DNA of 64,000 nucleotides. Origin: Acidobacteriota bacterium. Lineage in GTDB: Bacteria; Acidobacteriota; Vicinamibacteria; Vicinamibacterales; UBA2999. Numbering within the stretch: position 1 is the stretch's first letter; each line of letters starts with the position of its first letter. The stretch lies in the NCBI GenBank assembly GCA_947482665.1, contig CANKJK010000009.1, positions 1,603 through 65,602 of the forward strand, read 5' to 3'. A program made the translations under genes and the position numbers. The notes beneath the pieces are model-generated. The model saw only the letters and a program-made list of their open reading frames with translations, did no database searches and was not told where the DNA came from. Below, piece by piece: positions 1 through 9,209 of the stretch.

Positions 1-777
1 CTCCGCAACGGCGCCACGGACCAAGGTGACGTGCTCATTGGCGCGGACGGCATCCAGTCGGCGGTCCGCCGCCACCTGCACCCGACCGAGCCACCCCCAC
101 TCGCCAGCGGCTACAGCGCGGTGCGCGGTGTGGCACGCGGCGTCGAGGGCACGCTCGGCAACCTCTCCGGCGTGACATTTCTGGGCGACGGCATCGAGGC
201 CGCCGCGCTTCGCGCCGGGTCTGACGCGGTCTATTGGTACGCCTCGCTGCTCTCCGCCGAGGTCCACGACACGGCGCCCATGGCTGTCATGGCGGCCCGG
301 CTCCCCGCACTCCCGTCAATGCTCCAGACAATCATCCGGGCCACGCCCGAGGCGGACCTCCGATTCGACGTGCTGCTGCGACGGGATCCATTGCCCCGCT
401 GGGGTACCGGACGCGTCACGCTCCTCGGTGACGCCGCGCATCCTATGCTGCCCCACACCGGCCAGGGGGCGGCGCAGGCGCTTGAAGATGGGGTCGCACT
501 GGGCCTTGCGCTGTCGGAGACAACGGACCTCACCGCCGCGCTGCGGCGCTACGAGGCGGTGCGGATGGCACGCACACGCACCTTCATCGCGTTGGGTCCA
601 CGCATGGCCCGCGTGACCACCACGCGCAGCCGGGTTGTGCAGGGCCTGCGCACGCTCGCGCTGCAGTGGGCGCCTGATGTGGCGTTCACACTCGGCACGA
701 CGGAGCTCCGCCGCGACCCGCATGCCGCGCTTCGACCTAACCCTCGTCCCATGACGGAACACGGAGGCTCACGATGA
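1..777 (+). CDS. FAD-dependent monooxygenase (UbiH/salicylate-hydroxylase type), C-terminal part; 5' end lies outside the window
   Basis: Frame 1 is open from nt 1 (LRNGATDQGDVLIGADG...). 'LIGADGIQSAVRR' and 'VTLLGDAAHPMLPHTGQGAAQALEDGVAL' are the conserved GD and DAAH/GQG FAD-contact motifs of class A flavoprotein monooxygenases. Stop TGA 775-777. Confidence 0.8.
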   Translation, partial: LRNGATDQGDVLIGADGIQSAVRRHLHPTEPPPLASGYSAVRGVARGVEGTLGNLSGVTFLGDGIEAAALRAGSDAVYWYASLLSAEVHDTAPMAVMAARLPALPSMLQTIIRATPEADLRFDVLLRRDPLPRWGTGRVTLLGDAAHPMLPHTGQGAAQALEDGVALGLALSETTDLTAALRRYEAVRMARTRTFIALGPRMARVTTTRSRVVQGLRTLALQWAPDVAFTLGTTELRRDPHAALRPNPRPMTEHGGSR

Positions 778-1457
778 CGATGACCCTGCCCGTGCTCGCA
801 TGGGGCTTTGCGCTGCTCAGCGCCGCAGTCGCCGTGATCGTCGCCAGCGCGCTCCGCTCACGCATTCTCACGCTGCTCATCCTCGCCTGGATGGCCTTCG
901 CCGCGGGCCTGGCTCTCTCGGGCTGGCTGGCGGACATCAGCCATCTGCCGCCCCGTATGCTGCGACTGGCGTTCGCGGGATTCGTGCTCACACTGGCGCT
1001 CGGACTCTCCCGCTACGTTCTGGCTCTGGCCGCCCAGCCTGTGGGCTGGCTCGTGGGCGCACAGGCCTTCCGCATCCTCGTCGAGGTGCTGCTGCATGGG
1101 GCCTACACCGCAGGCCTGGCGCCGGTGCATCTCACCTGGTCTGGCCGCAACTTCGACATCGTGACGGGCGTGACCGCACTCGCGCTGGCGCCGTGTGCCG
1201 GGCGGCTCTCCCGCCGCGCACTGGCTGCATGGAACGCGATGGGCCTCGCCTTCCTGATCTGGGTCGTCGGCGTGGCCGTCCTCAGCTTTCCCACGCCCTT
1301 CCAGCGACTCACGCCGGACAACCTCTGGATCGTCCAGTTCCCCTACGTCTGGCTACCCACCGTCCTGGTGCCCGCCGCAATACTCGGGCACATCGCGCTG
1401 TTCAGGAAGCTGGGCACCCGTCCAATGTCGGAGACCGGCGAATCGACAGTCCGCTGA
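774..1457 (+). CDS. integral membrane protein, family not recognised
   Basis: ATG 774 overlaps the upstream stop (ATGA), with GGAGG 7-11 nt upstream. The 227 aa contain several hydrophobic helices (e.g. LPVLAWGFALLSAAVAVIVASAL, MGLAFLIWVVGVAVLSF). Confidence 0.6.
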   Translation: MTMTLPVLAWGFALLSAAVAVIVASALRSRILTLLILAWMAFAAGLALSGWLADISHLPPRMLRLAFAGFVLTLALGLSRYVLALAAQPVGWLVGAQAFRILVEVLLHGAYTAGLAPVHLTWSGRNFDIVTGVTALALAPCAGRLSRRALAAWNAMGLAFLIWVVGVAVLSFPTPFQRLTPDNLWIVQFPYVWLPTVLVPAAILGHIALFRKLGTRPMSETGESTVR

Positions 1458-1517
1458 CCTGCGTCATGGTGGCGCCAGTTCGCTGACTCGAACAGCCCTC
1501 GGCGCCCGTACATGACA

Positions 1518-1550
1518 ACGCGCGCCAGGGCGGGTCGCCCGGGCGCGCGT
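1518..1550. terminator. GC-rich hairpin between convergent genes (possible bidirectional terminator)
   Basis: Lies between stops at 1457 (+) and 1570 (-). Sequence ACGCGCGCC-A-GGGCG-GGT-CGCCC-G-GGCGCGCGT gives a 14-bp interrupted stem. There is no U-tract. Confidence 0.45.
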
Positions 1551-1569
1551 CAGACAGCAGAGGGCCGGT

Positions 1570-2478
1570 CTATTTGCCCTTCTTCTCGTTGAACTCCCGG
1601 ATCGCCGGGGCCAGTTCCGTGGCGGCGGTATCACCCTCGACGCCGGCGTATTCAAAGATCTCCGTGCCGGGCTTGGCGCGCACCATCTTCACCCCCAGCG
1701 TCCACGGCTTGGTGTAGACCTTCGGGTCGTCGATCGTGGCCTTGTAGTCGATGGAGTTCTTGTCGAGAATCGTCCACCGCTCGGTCACGACGACCTGGTC
1801 GGTGTGGAAGTTGCCCATCACGTCGTAGCGGGTCGAGTCGTTGCTGTTCTTGACCTCGATCACCAGCGTGTTGCCCTCCCAGTGGCCGCGCGAGTCGCCT
1901 TCCCACATCTTGATGTCCTGACCGGGGTGCGGACGCTTGTCGAGCGGGACGATACGGAACTCGTGGTGAATCTCGTAGAAGAACACCACGTAGCCAGGCG
2001 GCTGGAGAATCTGGAACGGACCGTTCTCGATGCTGCTGTAGTAGTTCTCACGCGGCATGCCGTTGGGCCACCCGCGCGTCTGCGGGTCCATCAATGCCGG
2101 GGAGGGCGCCAGGAATTCCTTCATCGCCTGGTTGCGACGTTCGAGCGCCCAGGGCTGATGCGGGAGCAGGCCCTCCGGGGGATCGACCAGGAACCCGTTG
2201 AACATCTTCAACGCCGGGTAGTTGCGCACGCCGAGCTTGACGGCCGTCTCGTTCAGGAGCGGGCCCTTCTCGACGTTGAGGCTGGCGATGTTTTCGAGAA
2301 TGTCGCCCCAGTGGCCCTGGATATCAGGCTGGCCGTCCGTAAGCTTCGCCGGCACGTACTTCCCAGCCGGAGCTGCTGCGGCGGCCGGTGCCGCCTTCTT
2401 CTGCGCCTGCGCCATCAGGGGCGAGGTCGCCGCCGTCACCGCGACGAGGAGCGTGAGAGTCAGGATTCGCGTCTTCAC
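1570..2478 (-). CDS. exported protein of unknown function, tandem paralogue A
   Basis: GTG start at 2478 is preceded by GGAGGA. Signal peptide MKTRILTLTLLVAVTAATSPLMAQA. Collinear with the next gene: DGQPDIQGHWG/DGKPDLQGIW, PPGYVVFFYEIHHEFRIV/TPGYVGIAYEYVHASRMV, WEGDSRGHWEGNTLVIEV/WMGDSRGKWEGETLVVDV, IDDPKVYTKPW/IEDPKTFSKPW. Confidence 0.75.
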   Translation of the reverse strand: MKTRILTLTLLVAVTAATSPLMAQAQKKAAPAAAAAPAGKYVPAKLTDGQPDIQGHWGDILENIASLNVEKGPLLNETAVKLGVRNYPALKMFNGFLVDPPEGLLPHQPWALERRNQAMKEFLAPSPALMDPQTRGWPNGMPRENYYSSIENGPFQILQPPGYVVFFYEIHHEFRIVPLDKRPHPGQDIKMWEGDSRGHWEGNTLVIEVKNSNDSTRYDVMGNFHTDQVVVTERWTILDKNSIDYKATIDDPKVYTKPWTLGVKMVRAKPGTEIFEYAGVEGDTAATELAPAIREFNEKKGK

Positions 2479-2490
2479 AGTGTCCTCCAG

Positions 2491-3300
2491 CTAGCGCGCG
2501 AGCGAGATTGACAGGCCTTTTTCATGGTGATCAAACGCAAAGCAGGAGTAGTCGAACAGCTGTGCGTTGGCTTCCTTCTGGCGATACAGCAGCATGCTCA
2601 TCTTCCAGGGCTTCGAGAACGTCTTCGGGTCCTCGATGGTGGCCTCGTACTGCATGTGATCGGGTCCGATGCGGGTGTACCGCTCGACCACGTGCAACTC
2701 GCTGCTGTGGTGGTTACCGGCCATGTCGAACCAGGTCTGGTCGTTGAAGTTGGTCACATCGACGACCAGCGTCTCGCCTTCCCACTTACCCCGCGAATCG
2801 CCCATCCACCACTCCACGTCCGGCTGATGCTTCGTGCCGTTGGTGTAGACCATGCGCGAGGCGTGGACATACTCATAGGCAATGCCCACATAGCCCGGCG
2901 TCTGCACGATCTGGAGCGGCAAGCCGATGTAGGTCGCGCGGGGCACGCCGGGAAGGAAGCACTTCGCGTAAGGATCCTCGGTACGCCACTTCGCCGCGTT
3001 CTGCTTCTTCTTCGCCAGCGCGGCCGGGAGATAAGGCAGCTCGTTGCCAACCACGACACCGTGCCCAGCCGGACCCATCGAGCCGGCTGAATGGTCCTGA
3101 ATATTCACGTTGGCGCTGTTCATGGTCCGCCAGATCCCCTGGAGGTCTGGTTTGCCGTCCGTGGTCCGTGGCGCCCGATACGCCGACTGACCCGAGGCCT
3201 CCCTGCCCACCGCCGAGAACACGACGGCCGCTACAGCCGCCGCCATCACACCCGCCGAGGCGGCCCGTTTGATAGTCATCAGTCTCACGACACTCTCCAT
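2491..3300 (-). CDS. exported protein of unknown function, tandem paralogue B
   Basis: 269-aa ORF whose stop is 12 nt upstream of paralogue A's start. Signal-like MTIKRAASAGVMAAAVAAVVFSAVG (alternative ATG start at 3279). Shares the motif blocks listed for 1570-2478. Confidence 0.75.
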   Translation of the reverse strand: MESVVRLMTIKRAASAGVMAAAVAAVVFSAVGREASGQSAYRAPRTTDGKPDLQGIWRTMNSANVNIQDHSAGSMGPAGHGVVVGNELPYLPAALAKKKQNAAKWRTEDPYAKCFLPGVPRATYIGLPLQIVQTPGYVGIAYEYVHASRMVYTNGTKHQPDVEWWMGDSRGKWEGETLVVDVTNFNDQTWFDMAGNHHSSELHVVERYTRIGPDHMQYEATIEDPKTFSKPWKMSMLLYRQKEANAQLFDYSCFAFDHHEKGLSISLAR

Positions 3301-3405
3301 GCGCCCGCGTCAGCCGCATCAGGCGCGTTGTACGGCAGCGATGCTAACAGATCCCGCCCAACCGTCTCGCGACGCGGCTGGAACATCCCCTTACCCGGTC
3401 GCGTG

Positions 3406-4830
3406 CTACAGAGGCGCCGTCTGATACGCCCGGGCCCGGAACAAGAAGTCGATCAGGTTCCCCTCGTGCGGCTGCAGCCAATTGAGCGCCATCGTCCGCA
3501 CCGGGCCGATATTCAGGCGGTCAATGTGCGTCGCGTCGGTCAGCTGCCGCATGAAGGCGGCATTGCCCGTAATCGCCGAGCAGACCAGCGTGGGCCCGAT
3601 GGACTCCACCATCTTCGCCTCGGGACACTCCACGACCGTCACAAAGGGAAACATGTATTCCTTCTTCGCGATGGCTGGCTCCGGTGAGGCACAGTGCACG
3701 ACGGTCGGCAGTAGATAGTTCGCCGGGCCGTCCTGCACGAACCGGGCACCGGTGCGGTACTTCGCGGTGACATCGGTCACGCCAGGCACGGTCAGATCCG
3801 CGTCGATGGCCTTGTCCACCGCCTCGGCCACGCCCGGCACCGTCATCGCCGCCAGGGCGGCATCTGGGTGATCAAAGGGCAGGGGCCTGATGGCGGCCAT
3901 CCGCTGGGCCATCGCGTCCGCGATTTCGCGGGTGTGGCGGCTCGCCCAGACACCCGAGGCATTGATGCAGCCACGGCCACCGCTCGCGCACACGCTGTCC
4001 ACGAGCACGTCCAGATACTTCTCCCAGTGGTCAACCTGGTCGTCGCCCAGGAGAATCTTTGAGAAGCCTGGACCGTGGGCCTGCACGCGGGCACTGCCCT
4101 TGTACCGTTCAATGGTGGCTTCGCCGCCAAAGATCAGGTTCCGGCCACAGGCGTCGAGGACCGAGGCGCCCACATCGGGCCCGCCCGGATAGATCGACAT
4201 CGCCTCGCGCGGTATGCCCGCCTGGGCGAAGGCCTCCGCGATGCGGTACGGGGTCCACGGCTCCTGCGGGCCGGGCTTCAGCACGAGACCAATCTGCAGC
4301 GGAATGACGGGCAGCCACAGCGTGTGCACGCCGGACGTGTTTGAGGGCAGCACGAGCCCGAGCGCGGGCGCCTGCGCCTGATAGCTCACCGGCACGCCGT
4401 TCTCGATGCCCCAGCCGTCCGTCAACACGGTGAAATCCAGCCGCCGGGTCAGCGCGGTCAGGATGGCACGCATCTCGGCCAGCACGAACGCGCTCTTCTT
4501 CATGTTGGCCCGGCACATGGCCTCGGGCATTCCGGTGCTGGCACTCTGCGCCGCCACGAACTCGTCCGGGGTCTGGGTGCCGTCGCCCATGGCGAGCGTC
4601 GCGGTCATGTAGAGCTCGCCGGCGTGTTTCACCCGTTCGATCAGGTCGTCGATCGGGAATCTCCGCAGCGCGTCGCGCGCGGCCTGCGCCTTCCGGATAT
4701 CGCGTTGAATCATGCCGCCATTGGCGCGGCTGATCCGGGCGATGACCTCGCCGGTGGCGAAGTGACGAACTTCGTCCACGTCCATGGACGTGTAGGGCTG
4801 GCCCCAGCGGAGGATCGGGAGATTGAGCAT
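3406..4830 (-). CDS. aldehyde-dehydrogenase-superfamily protein (LuxC/acyl-CoA-reductase-like)
   Basis: ATG at 4830 (MLNLPILRWG...) lies 8 nt after the upstream stop; the longer ORF to 4908 would overlap that gene. ALDH-like blocks: LVLKPGPQEPWTPYRIAEAFAQAGIP, NLIFGGEATIERY, GPGFSKILL, candidate catalytic Cys in GGRGCINASGVW. Confidence 0.75.
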   Translation of the reverse strand: MLNLPILRWGQPYTSMDVDEVRHFATGEVIARISRANGGMIQRDIRKAQAARDALRRFPIDDLIERVKHAGELYMTATLAMGDGTQTPDEFVAAQSASTGMPEAMCRANMKKSAFVLAEMRAILTALTRRLDFTVLTDGWGIENGVPVSYQAQAPALGLVLPSNTSGVHTLWLPVIPLQIGLVLKPGPQEPWTPYRIAEAFAQAGIPREAMSIYPGGPDVGASVLDACGRNLIFGGEATIERYKGSARVQAHGPGFSKILLGDDQVDHWEKYLDVLVDSVCASGGRGCINASGVWASRHTREIADAMAQRMAAIRPLPFDHPDAALAAMTVPGVAEAVDKAIDADLTVPGVTDVTAKYRTGARFVQDGPANYLLPTVVHCASPEPAIAKKEYMFPFVTVVECPEAKMVESIGPTLVCSAITGNAAFMRQLTDATHIDRLNIGPVRTMALNWLQPHEGNLIDFLFRARAYQTAPL

Positions 4831-4838
4831 GCGAAATC

Positions 4839-5957
4839 CTAGTAAACGCCGACGGTGGTCGAGGACGCGAAGCCCCGGTACGGCCGGACACCACTCACGC
4901 CATCCCACGGATACTTCTCGTAGGGCGCCTCACGCTCGCCCTCGTCGCGTTCAAGGAAGCCCGGCACGAAGAACTCCCGCGTGAGCGTGGTGAGCTTGAC
5001 CCGTCCGGTCTCGCCCACGCCGACCAGCTTGTTGGCGTCGTCAAAGTCCACGACCTGCACGACTGCGCGCGGCTGAGGGGCGTAGTAGCTGATCTTGTAG
5101 TTGTTGAACGGCCCCGTCGGCGAGCTGGCCGCGAGGCCCATCAGGGTGTTGCCGTAGGTGGGCGTCAGGTAGGCGCCGTCCAGCAGTTCCTCGTGCGCGA
5201 AGCGGTTCCACTGGGGCGTGAACTCGGTACCGCCCCCGAAGATGCCGGTGATGCCAGCCTTCCGGATCGAGGTGCCGTCCTTCTCCAACCGCAGGGCCAG
5301 CGCTTCGAGCAACTTCGGCGTCGTGAACATGCACTTGATGTCGTGGCCGGCCGAAAGAATCGAGACCGCCTGCTCGATCACGTGGTCCTTGTAGGCCTCG
5401 AGGTGCTCCGTCCAGCCCTTCTTGATGAGCTTGATCACCCAGCGGGGGTCGAGGTCCACACAGAAGCAGATGCCACCGCGATACTGCGCCAGGTGCTCCA
5501 CGGAGAGCCGCAGACGCCGCGGGCCCGAGGGGCCGAGCATCAACCAGTTGGCGCCCTTCGGAAAATACTCCTCGGGCAACGTGTCGCTGAAGAGCTCGTA
5601 GTCGGTCCGGAAATCTGCGATGGCCACGCGGGATTTCGGGATACCGGTCGTACCGCCCGTCTCAAAGACGTAGGCCGGCTGGCCGGCGAGGCCCTTCGGG
5701 ATCCACCGCTGTACGGGGCCGCCCCGGAGCCACTCGTCCTGGAACTCGCCGAAGCGGACCAGGTCCTCGAAGGTCTTCACGTCCTTCCGCGGGTCCCACC
5801 CCTGCTTCGCGACAAAGTCGAGCCAGAAGGGCGTGCCCGTCTCGGGGTTGAAGTGCCACTGGATGGTGTCGCGCACGTGGGCATCGAGTGCCGTCTTGGC
5901 GGCGGCCACCTGCGCGTCGGTCGCGGGCTGACCGGGAGTCTGCATACCGGATGACAT
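4839..5957 (-). CDS. adenylate-forming enzyme (LuxE acyl-protein synthetase / PaaK / F390-synthetase-like)
   Basis: 372 aa with the ANL core motif FETGGTTGIPKSR and a GGGTEFTP block. The size and lack of a long C-terminal domain resemble LuxE-type enzymes. Directly upstream of the ALDH-like gene. Confidence 0.65.
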   Translation of the reverse strand: MSSGMQTPGQPATDAQVAAAKTALDAHVRDTIQWHFNPETGTPFWLDFVAKQGWDPRKDVKTFEDLVRFGEFQDEWLRGGPVQRWIPKGLAGQPAYVFETGGTTGIPKSRVAIADFRTDYELFSDTLPEEYFPKGANWLMLGPSGPRRLRLSVEHLAQYRGGICFCVDLDPRWVIKLIKKGWTEHLEAYKDHVIEQAVSILSAGHDIKCMFTTPKLLEALALRLEKDGTSIRKAGITGIFGGGTEFTPQWNRFAHEELLDGAYLTPTYGNTLMGLAASSPTGPFNNYKISYYAPQPRAVVQVVDFDDANKLVGVGETGRVKLTTLTREFFVPGFLERDEGEREAPYEKYPWDGVSGVRPYRGFASSTTVGVY

Positions 5958-6222
5958 GGCCGGTAAGTATAGCCGTGCGCGGCACTACCGGCCGAGGTGG
6001 GCTGCGGTCCCCGTCCCGTGGGCGGGCGCAATTGCGGAGCGTGCCGTCATGAGTGCGCGACAGATCCACTGCAGGCGCCGGGCGGGGTGTCATCGGTGGG
6101 ACCCGTCGAAGGATCAGGCCGACGGGCGATGACGGGGCCTCGCCCGGATGCGACAGGTCCGCCGGAGGTGTATCTGTCCGGCCTCTGGACCTGCCCGTCC
6201 ACGTATGGTCCAATCGGCGCCC

Positions 6223-6423
6223 ATGGCACCAACCCTCTGGGTCGCCCTTCTGTTGTACGTGCTCCACCAGGACATCTGGTTCTGGCGGACTGCCCGGCCA
6301 CTGGTCTTCGGGTTCCTGCCTGTCGGGCTGGCCTACCACGCGGGCTACACGCTCGTGATTGCCGGCGTGCTCGCCTGGCTCGTGAGGGCCTACTGGCCGC
6401 ATCACCTGGAGGACGGCGAATGA
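6223..6423 (+). CDS. DUF3311-like small membrane protein (symporter accessory subunit)
   Basis: [54 protein letters not shown] forms two TM helices. The stop TGA 6421-6423 overlaps the symporter ATG (ATGA). Alternative ATG at 6205. Confidence 0.6.
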   Translation: MAPTLWVALLLYVLHQDIWFWRTARPLVFGFLPVGLAYHAGYTLVIAGVLAWLVRAYWPHHLEDGE

Positions 6424-8048
6424 TTCCGGCCGCCGTCATCTTCGGCTACCTGCTCATCGTCCTGTTCATCGGCATCACCAATCGAGGTGGCGGCGACAGC
6501 GACGCCGAAGGCTACTTCGTGGCCGGCCGGGCGCTCGGCCCCGCGGTCTTCCTGCTCTCGCTGGTCGGCACGAACATGACGGCGTTCTCGATCCTGGGCG
6601 CGTCCGGCCATGCCTTCGCCAACGGGATCGTGACCTACGGTCTGATGGCCTCGGCCTCGGCCCTCATCATCCCGTTCGGCCTCTTCATCATCGGCACGCG
6701 GCTCTGGTCGCTGGGCCGGCGCAAGGGCTTCATGACGCCCGTGCAACTGTTCCGCGATCGATGGGAGTGCGGGCACATCGGCACGGTGATCTTCATCGTG
6801 CAGGCCGTCCTGCTCATCCCGTACATCATCATCGCCGTCATGGGCGGCGGCACGACGCTCAGCACGGTCAGCAACGGCGCGGTGCCCTTCTGGCTCGGCG
6901 GCGCCATCGTCTCGCTCGTCGTCATGGGATATGTCTTCTTCGGCGGCATGCGCGGGACGGCCTGGGTCAACGCCTTCCAGACCTCACTGTTTCTCGTGTT
7001 TGGCGCGGTGGCCGTCACGGTGATTGCCCGCGGCATGGGCGGCTTCAGCGGCGCCATCGAGTCACTGTCGGCCGCGCCGGGCGGCACCGCGCTCCTGACG
7101 CGCGAGCGCATCTCCCCGCTCTATTTCTTCAGCTACTCCTTCATCCCGCTCTCGTCGCTGGCCTTTCCGCACATCGGCATCTTCTGCATGACGGCGAAGA
7201 AGCTCGGGCACTTCAAGAAGACGATCGTGCTCTATCCGATCTGCATGCTGCTGATCTGGCTGCCGTCCGTGTTCCTGGGCGTCGTGGCGAACCGGGCCAC
7301 GGACGTGCCAGCCATCCAGGCAAAGCTGGAGGCCCGGGCGACGATCGCCGCGCACGGCCCGTCACTCGCTCCGGCTGAGCAGGCCTCGCTCCGGGCCAAG
7401 GCCAGCGGTGACGACGTGATCCTCCGCCTCGTGGAGGGCTACGCGCCGCTCTGGCTCGCGGCCATTCTCGGAGCGGCCGTGATGGCGGCCGTGATGGCCA
7501 GCGACTCGCAGATCCTCGCGCTGTCGACGATGTTCACCGAGGACATCTTCGCTTTCTATGGAGGAAAGGCCCGCTTCGGCGGCCGCGTCCAGATCCAGAC
7601 GGGCCGCATCTTCATCATCCTCATCACGCTGGTGGCCTACGCTATCGCCCTCAATACCCCGCAGTCGATCTTCGACATCGCCACGCAGTACGCCTTCGCG
7701 GGATATTCGTCGCTCTTCCCCCTGCTGGTCGCCGCGCTCTTCTGGCGCGGCAGCACCCGGTGGGGGGCGTTGGCCACCACACTCTGGACCGCCGCGGCTG
7801 TCACGGCGGTGGCCGTCGTCCAGCAGCACATCCCTGCGCCGCCGCCCGGCCAGGCGGTCACCGTGCTTGAAATTGCCGGACAGGTCGTCGTCACCCGGGT
7901 GGTACAGGGCACGCTCGTCTTCGGGCTCCTGCCTGTGGTTCCGATGACACTGATCTCAGCCATTCTCATGGTCGTCGTCTCGAAGCTGACGCCTGCCGCC
8001 GCTCCCACACGGGACACGCTGGCGACATACTTCGCCACGACGGCCTGA
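6420..8048 (+). CDS. sodium:solute symporter family (SSS) transporter
   Basis: [19 protein letters not shown]...[33 protein letters not shown] is a typical SSS N-terminus, and the protein is polytopic throughout. The ORF portion upstream of 6420 (5997-6419) is a non-protein-like extension. Confidence 0.85.
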   Translation: MIPAAVIFGYLLIVLFIGITNRGGGDSDAEGYFVAGRALGPAVFLLSLVGTNMTAFSILGASGHAFANGIVTYGLMASASALIIPFGLFIIGTRLWSLGRRKGFMTPVQLFRDRWECGHIGTVIFIVQAVLLIPYIIIAVMGGGTTLSTVSNGAVPFWLGGAIVSLVVMGYVFFGGMRGTAWVNAFQTSLFLVFGAVAVTVIARGMGGFSGAIESLSAAPGGTALLTRERISPLYFFSYSFIPLSSLAFPHIGIFCMTAKKLGHFKKTIVLYPICMLLIWLPSVFLGVVANRATDVPAIQAKLEARATIAAHGPSLAPAEQASLRAKASGDDVILRLVEGYAPLWLAAILGAAVMAAVMASDSQILALSTMFTEDIFAFYGGKARFGGRVQIQTGRIFIILITLVAYAIALNTPQSIFDIATQYAFAGYSSLFPLLVAALFWRGSTRWGALATTLWTAAAVTAVAVVQQHIPAPPPGQAVTVLEIAGQVVVTRVVQGTLVFGLLPVVPMTLISAILMVVVSKLTPAAAPTRDTLATYFATTA

Positions 8049-8251
8049 TCGGGAGATCCTGTGTCAGGACTGGGCCGCATCACCGAGTGCGGCGGGGCGC
8101 CAGGCTGCCACGACGCGACGACCGAGGATGCGGGGTGCATGTGAGGCTGGAGCACCACAGGCAGGCGGGATGCCTCGCCGGCCGATTGCCGGCTCCCATT
8201 CATGGGACAGGTTCTACAATCAGTACCGCTCAACGTGTTCGTGGAGGACTC

Positions 8252-9163
8252 ATGCGTTCGATGGTGAATGTGACTGCCCTTGCCTCTGTGTTGTCGCTGG
8301 CCGCCGCAGGCGCGCTGGCCCAGACGCCTGCCGCCAAACCAGCGGCCCCCGCCGCACCGGCCGCCGCAAAACTCGCAGCGCCGGCTGCCACCGCCAGCCC
8401 GGTCGTGGGCGCGCACGTCCGCCTCATCGTGAAGGATGTGGCGGCGACGAAGAAACTCCTTGTGGACGGTCTCGGCGGCGCGTCCGCCACGGCAGGCTCC
8501 GCGGAAGCCGTCAAGTTCCCGGGCTTGCTGGTGCTGCTCCAGAAGGGCGACCCGAAGGGCGGCACGCGCGGGTCCACGGTCAGCCTCATCGCCCTCGAGG
8601 TGAAGGATCTGGCCAAGACCGTGGCGACGCTCAAGACCGCCAAGGCGAAGTTCGTCACCCGCGAGGAAACCAACTACATCTACACCGTCAAGGACGACAT
8701 CGCGACGGTGCCCGATCAGCAGACCATCAGCGCCGTGGTGCAGACGCCGGATGAGGTCAACATCCGCCTGGTCGAGAACAAGCAGGCCGCCGCGACCGTG
8801 GCATTCCGGCATATCAATCTGGACCCGCCGAACGTGACGGACGCGATGGCCTGGTACACCAAGGCGTTTGGCGCAAAGGATGGTGACCGCGGCTTCGGCT
8901 TCCAGAGCCTCGACCTCGGTAAGCACGCCGGCGCGCTCCTGTTCACGATGGCGCCGGACAAGGTGGCTGGGACGGAGGGCCGGTCGCTCGCGCATGTGGG
9001 CTTCGAAGTCCGTGGCGCGGCGCTCCTCGTCCAGACGATCAAGGCTCAGGGCGGAAAGGTCGTCTCGCCACTGGCCAAGTCGGCGGACACGGGCGTGCCA
9101 ACTGCGGTGGTCAGCGACCCGTGGGGCACCCTCATCGAACTGACCGAAGGGCTCAAGTTCTAG
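8252..9163 (+). CDS. exported two-domain VOC/glyoxalase-fold protein
   Basis: ATG 8252 is preceded by GGAGGA. Signal peptide MRSMVNVTALASVLSLAAAGALA is followed by an Ala/Pro-rich linker. There are two VOC-like halves (GAHVRLIVKDVAATKKLL..., FRHINLDPPNVTDAMAWYTKAFG...SLAHVGFEV...DPWGTLIEL). Confidence 0.6.
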   Translation: MRSMVNVTALASVLSLAAAGALAQTPAAKPAAPAAPAAAKLAAPAATASPVVGAHVRLIVKDVAATKKLLVDGLGGASATAGSAEAVKFPGLLVLLQKGDPKGGTRGSTVSLIALEVKDLAKTVATLKTAKAKFVTREETNYIYTVKDDIATVPDQQTISAVVQTPDEVNIRLVENKQAAATVAFRHINLDPPNVTDAMAWYTKAFGAKDGDRGFGFQSLDLGKHAGALLFTMAPDKVAGTEGRSLAHVGFEVRGAALLVQTIKAQGGKVVSPLAKSADTGVPTAVVSDPWGTLIELTEGLKF

Positions 9164-9209
9164 CGGCGGGCCGGGCCCGCTCACACTGCCAGACACCGGA
9201 CGGCCAGCC

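Noticed and set aside
5997-6419. N-terminal 141-aa extension of the symporter ORF
   Set aside because: The extension is not membrane-protein-like and overlaps, in another frame, the DUF3311-like small gene. That gene's stop is coupled (ATGA) to the canonical [10 protein letters not shown]... symporter start at 6420.
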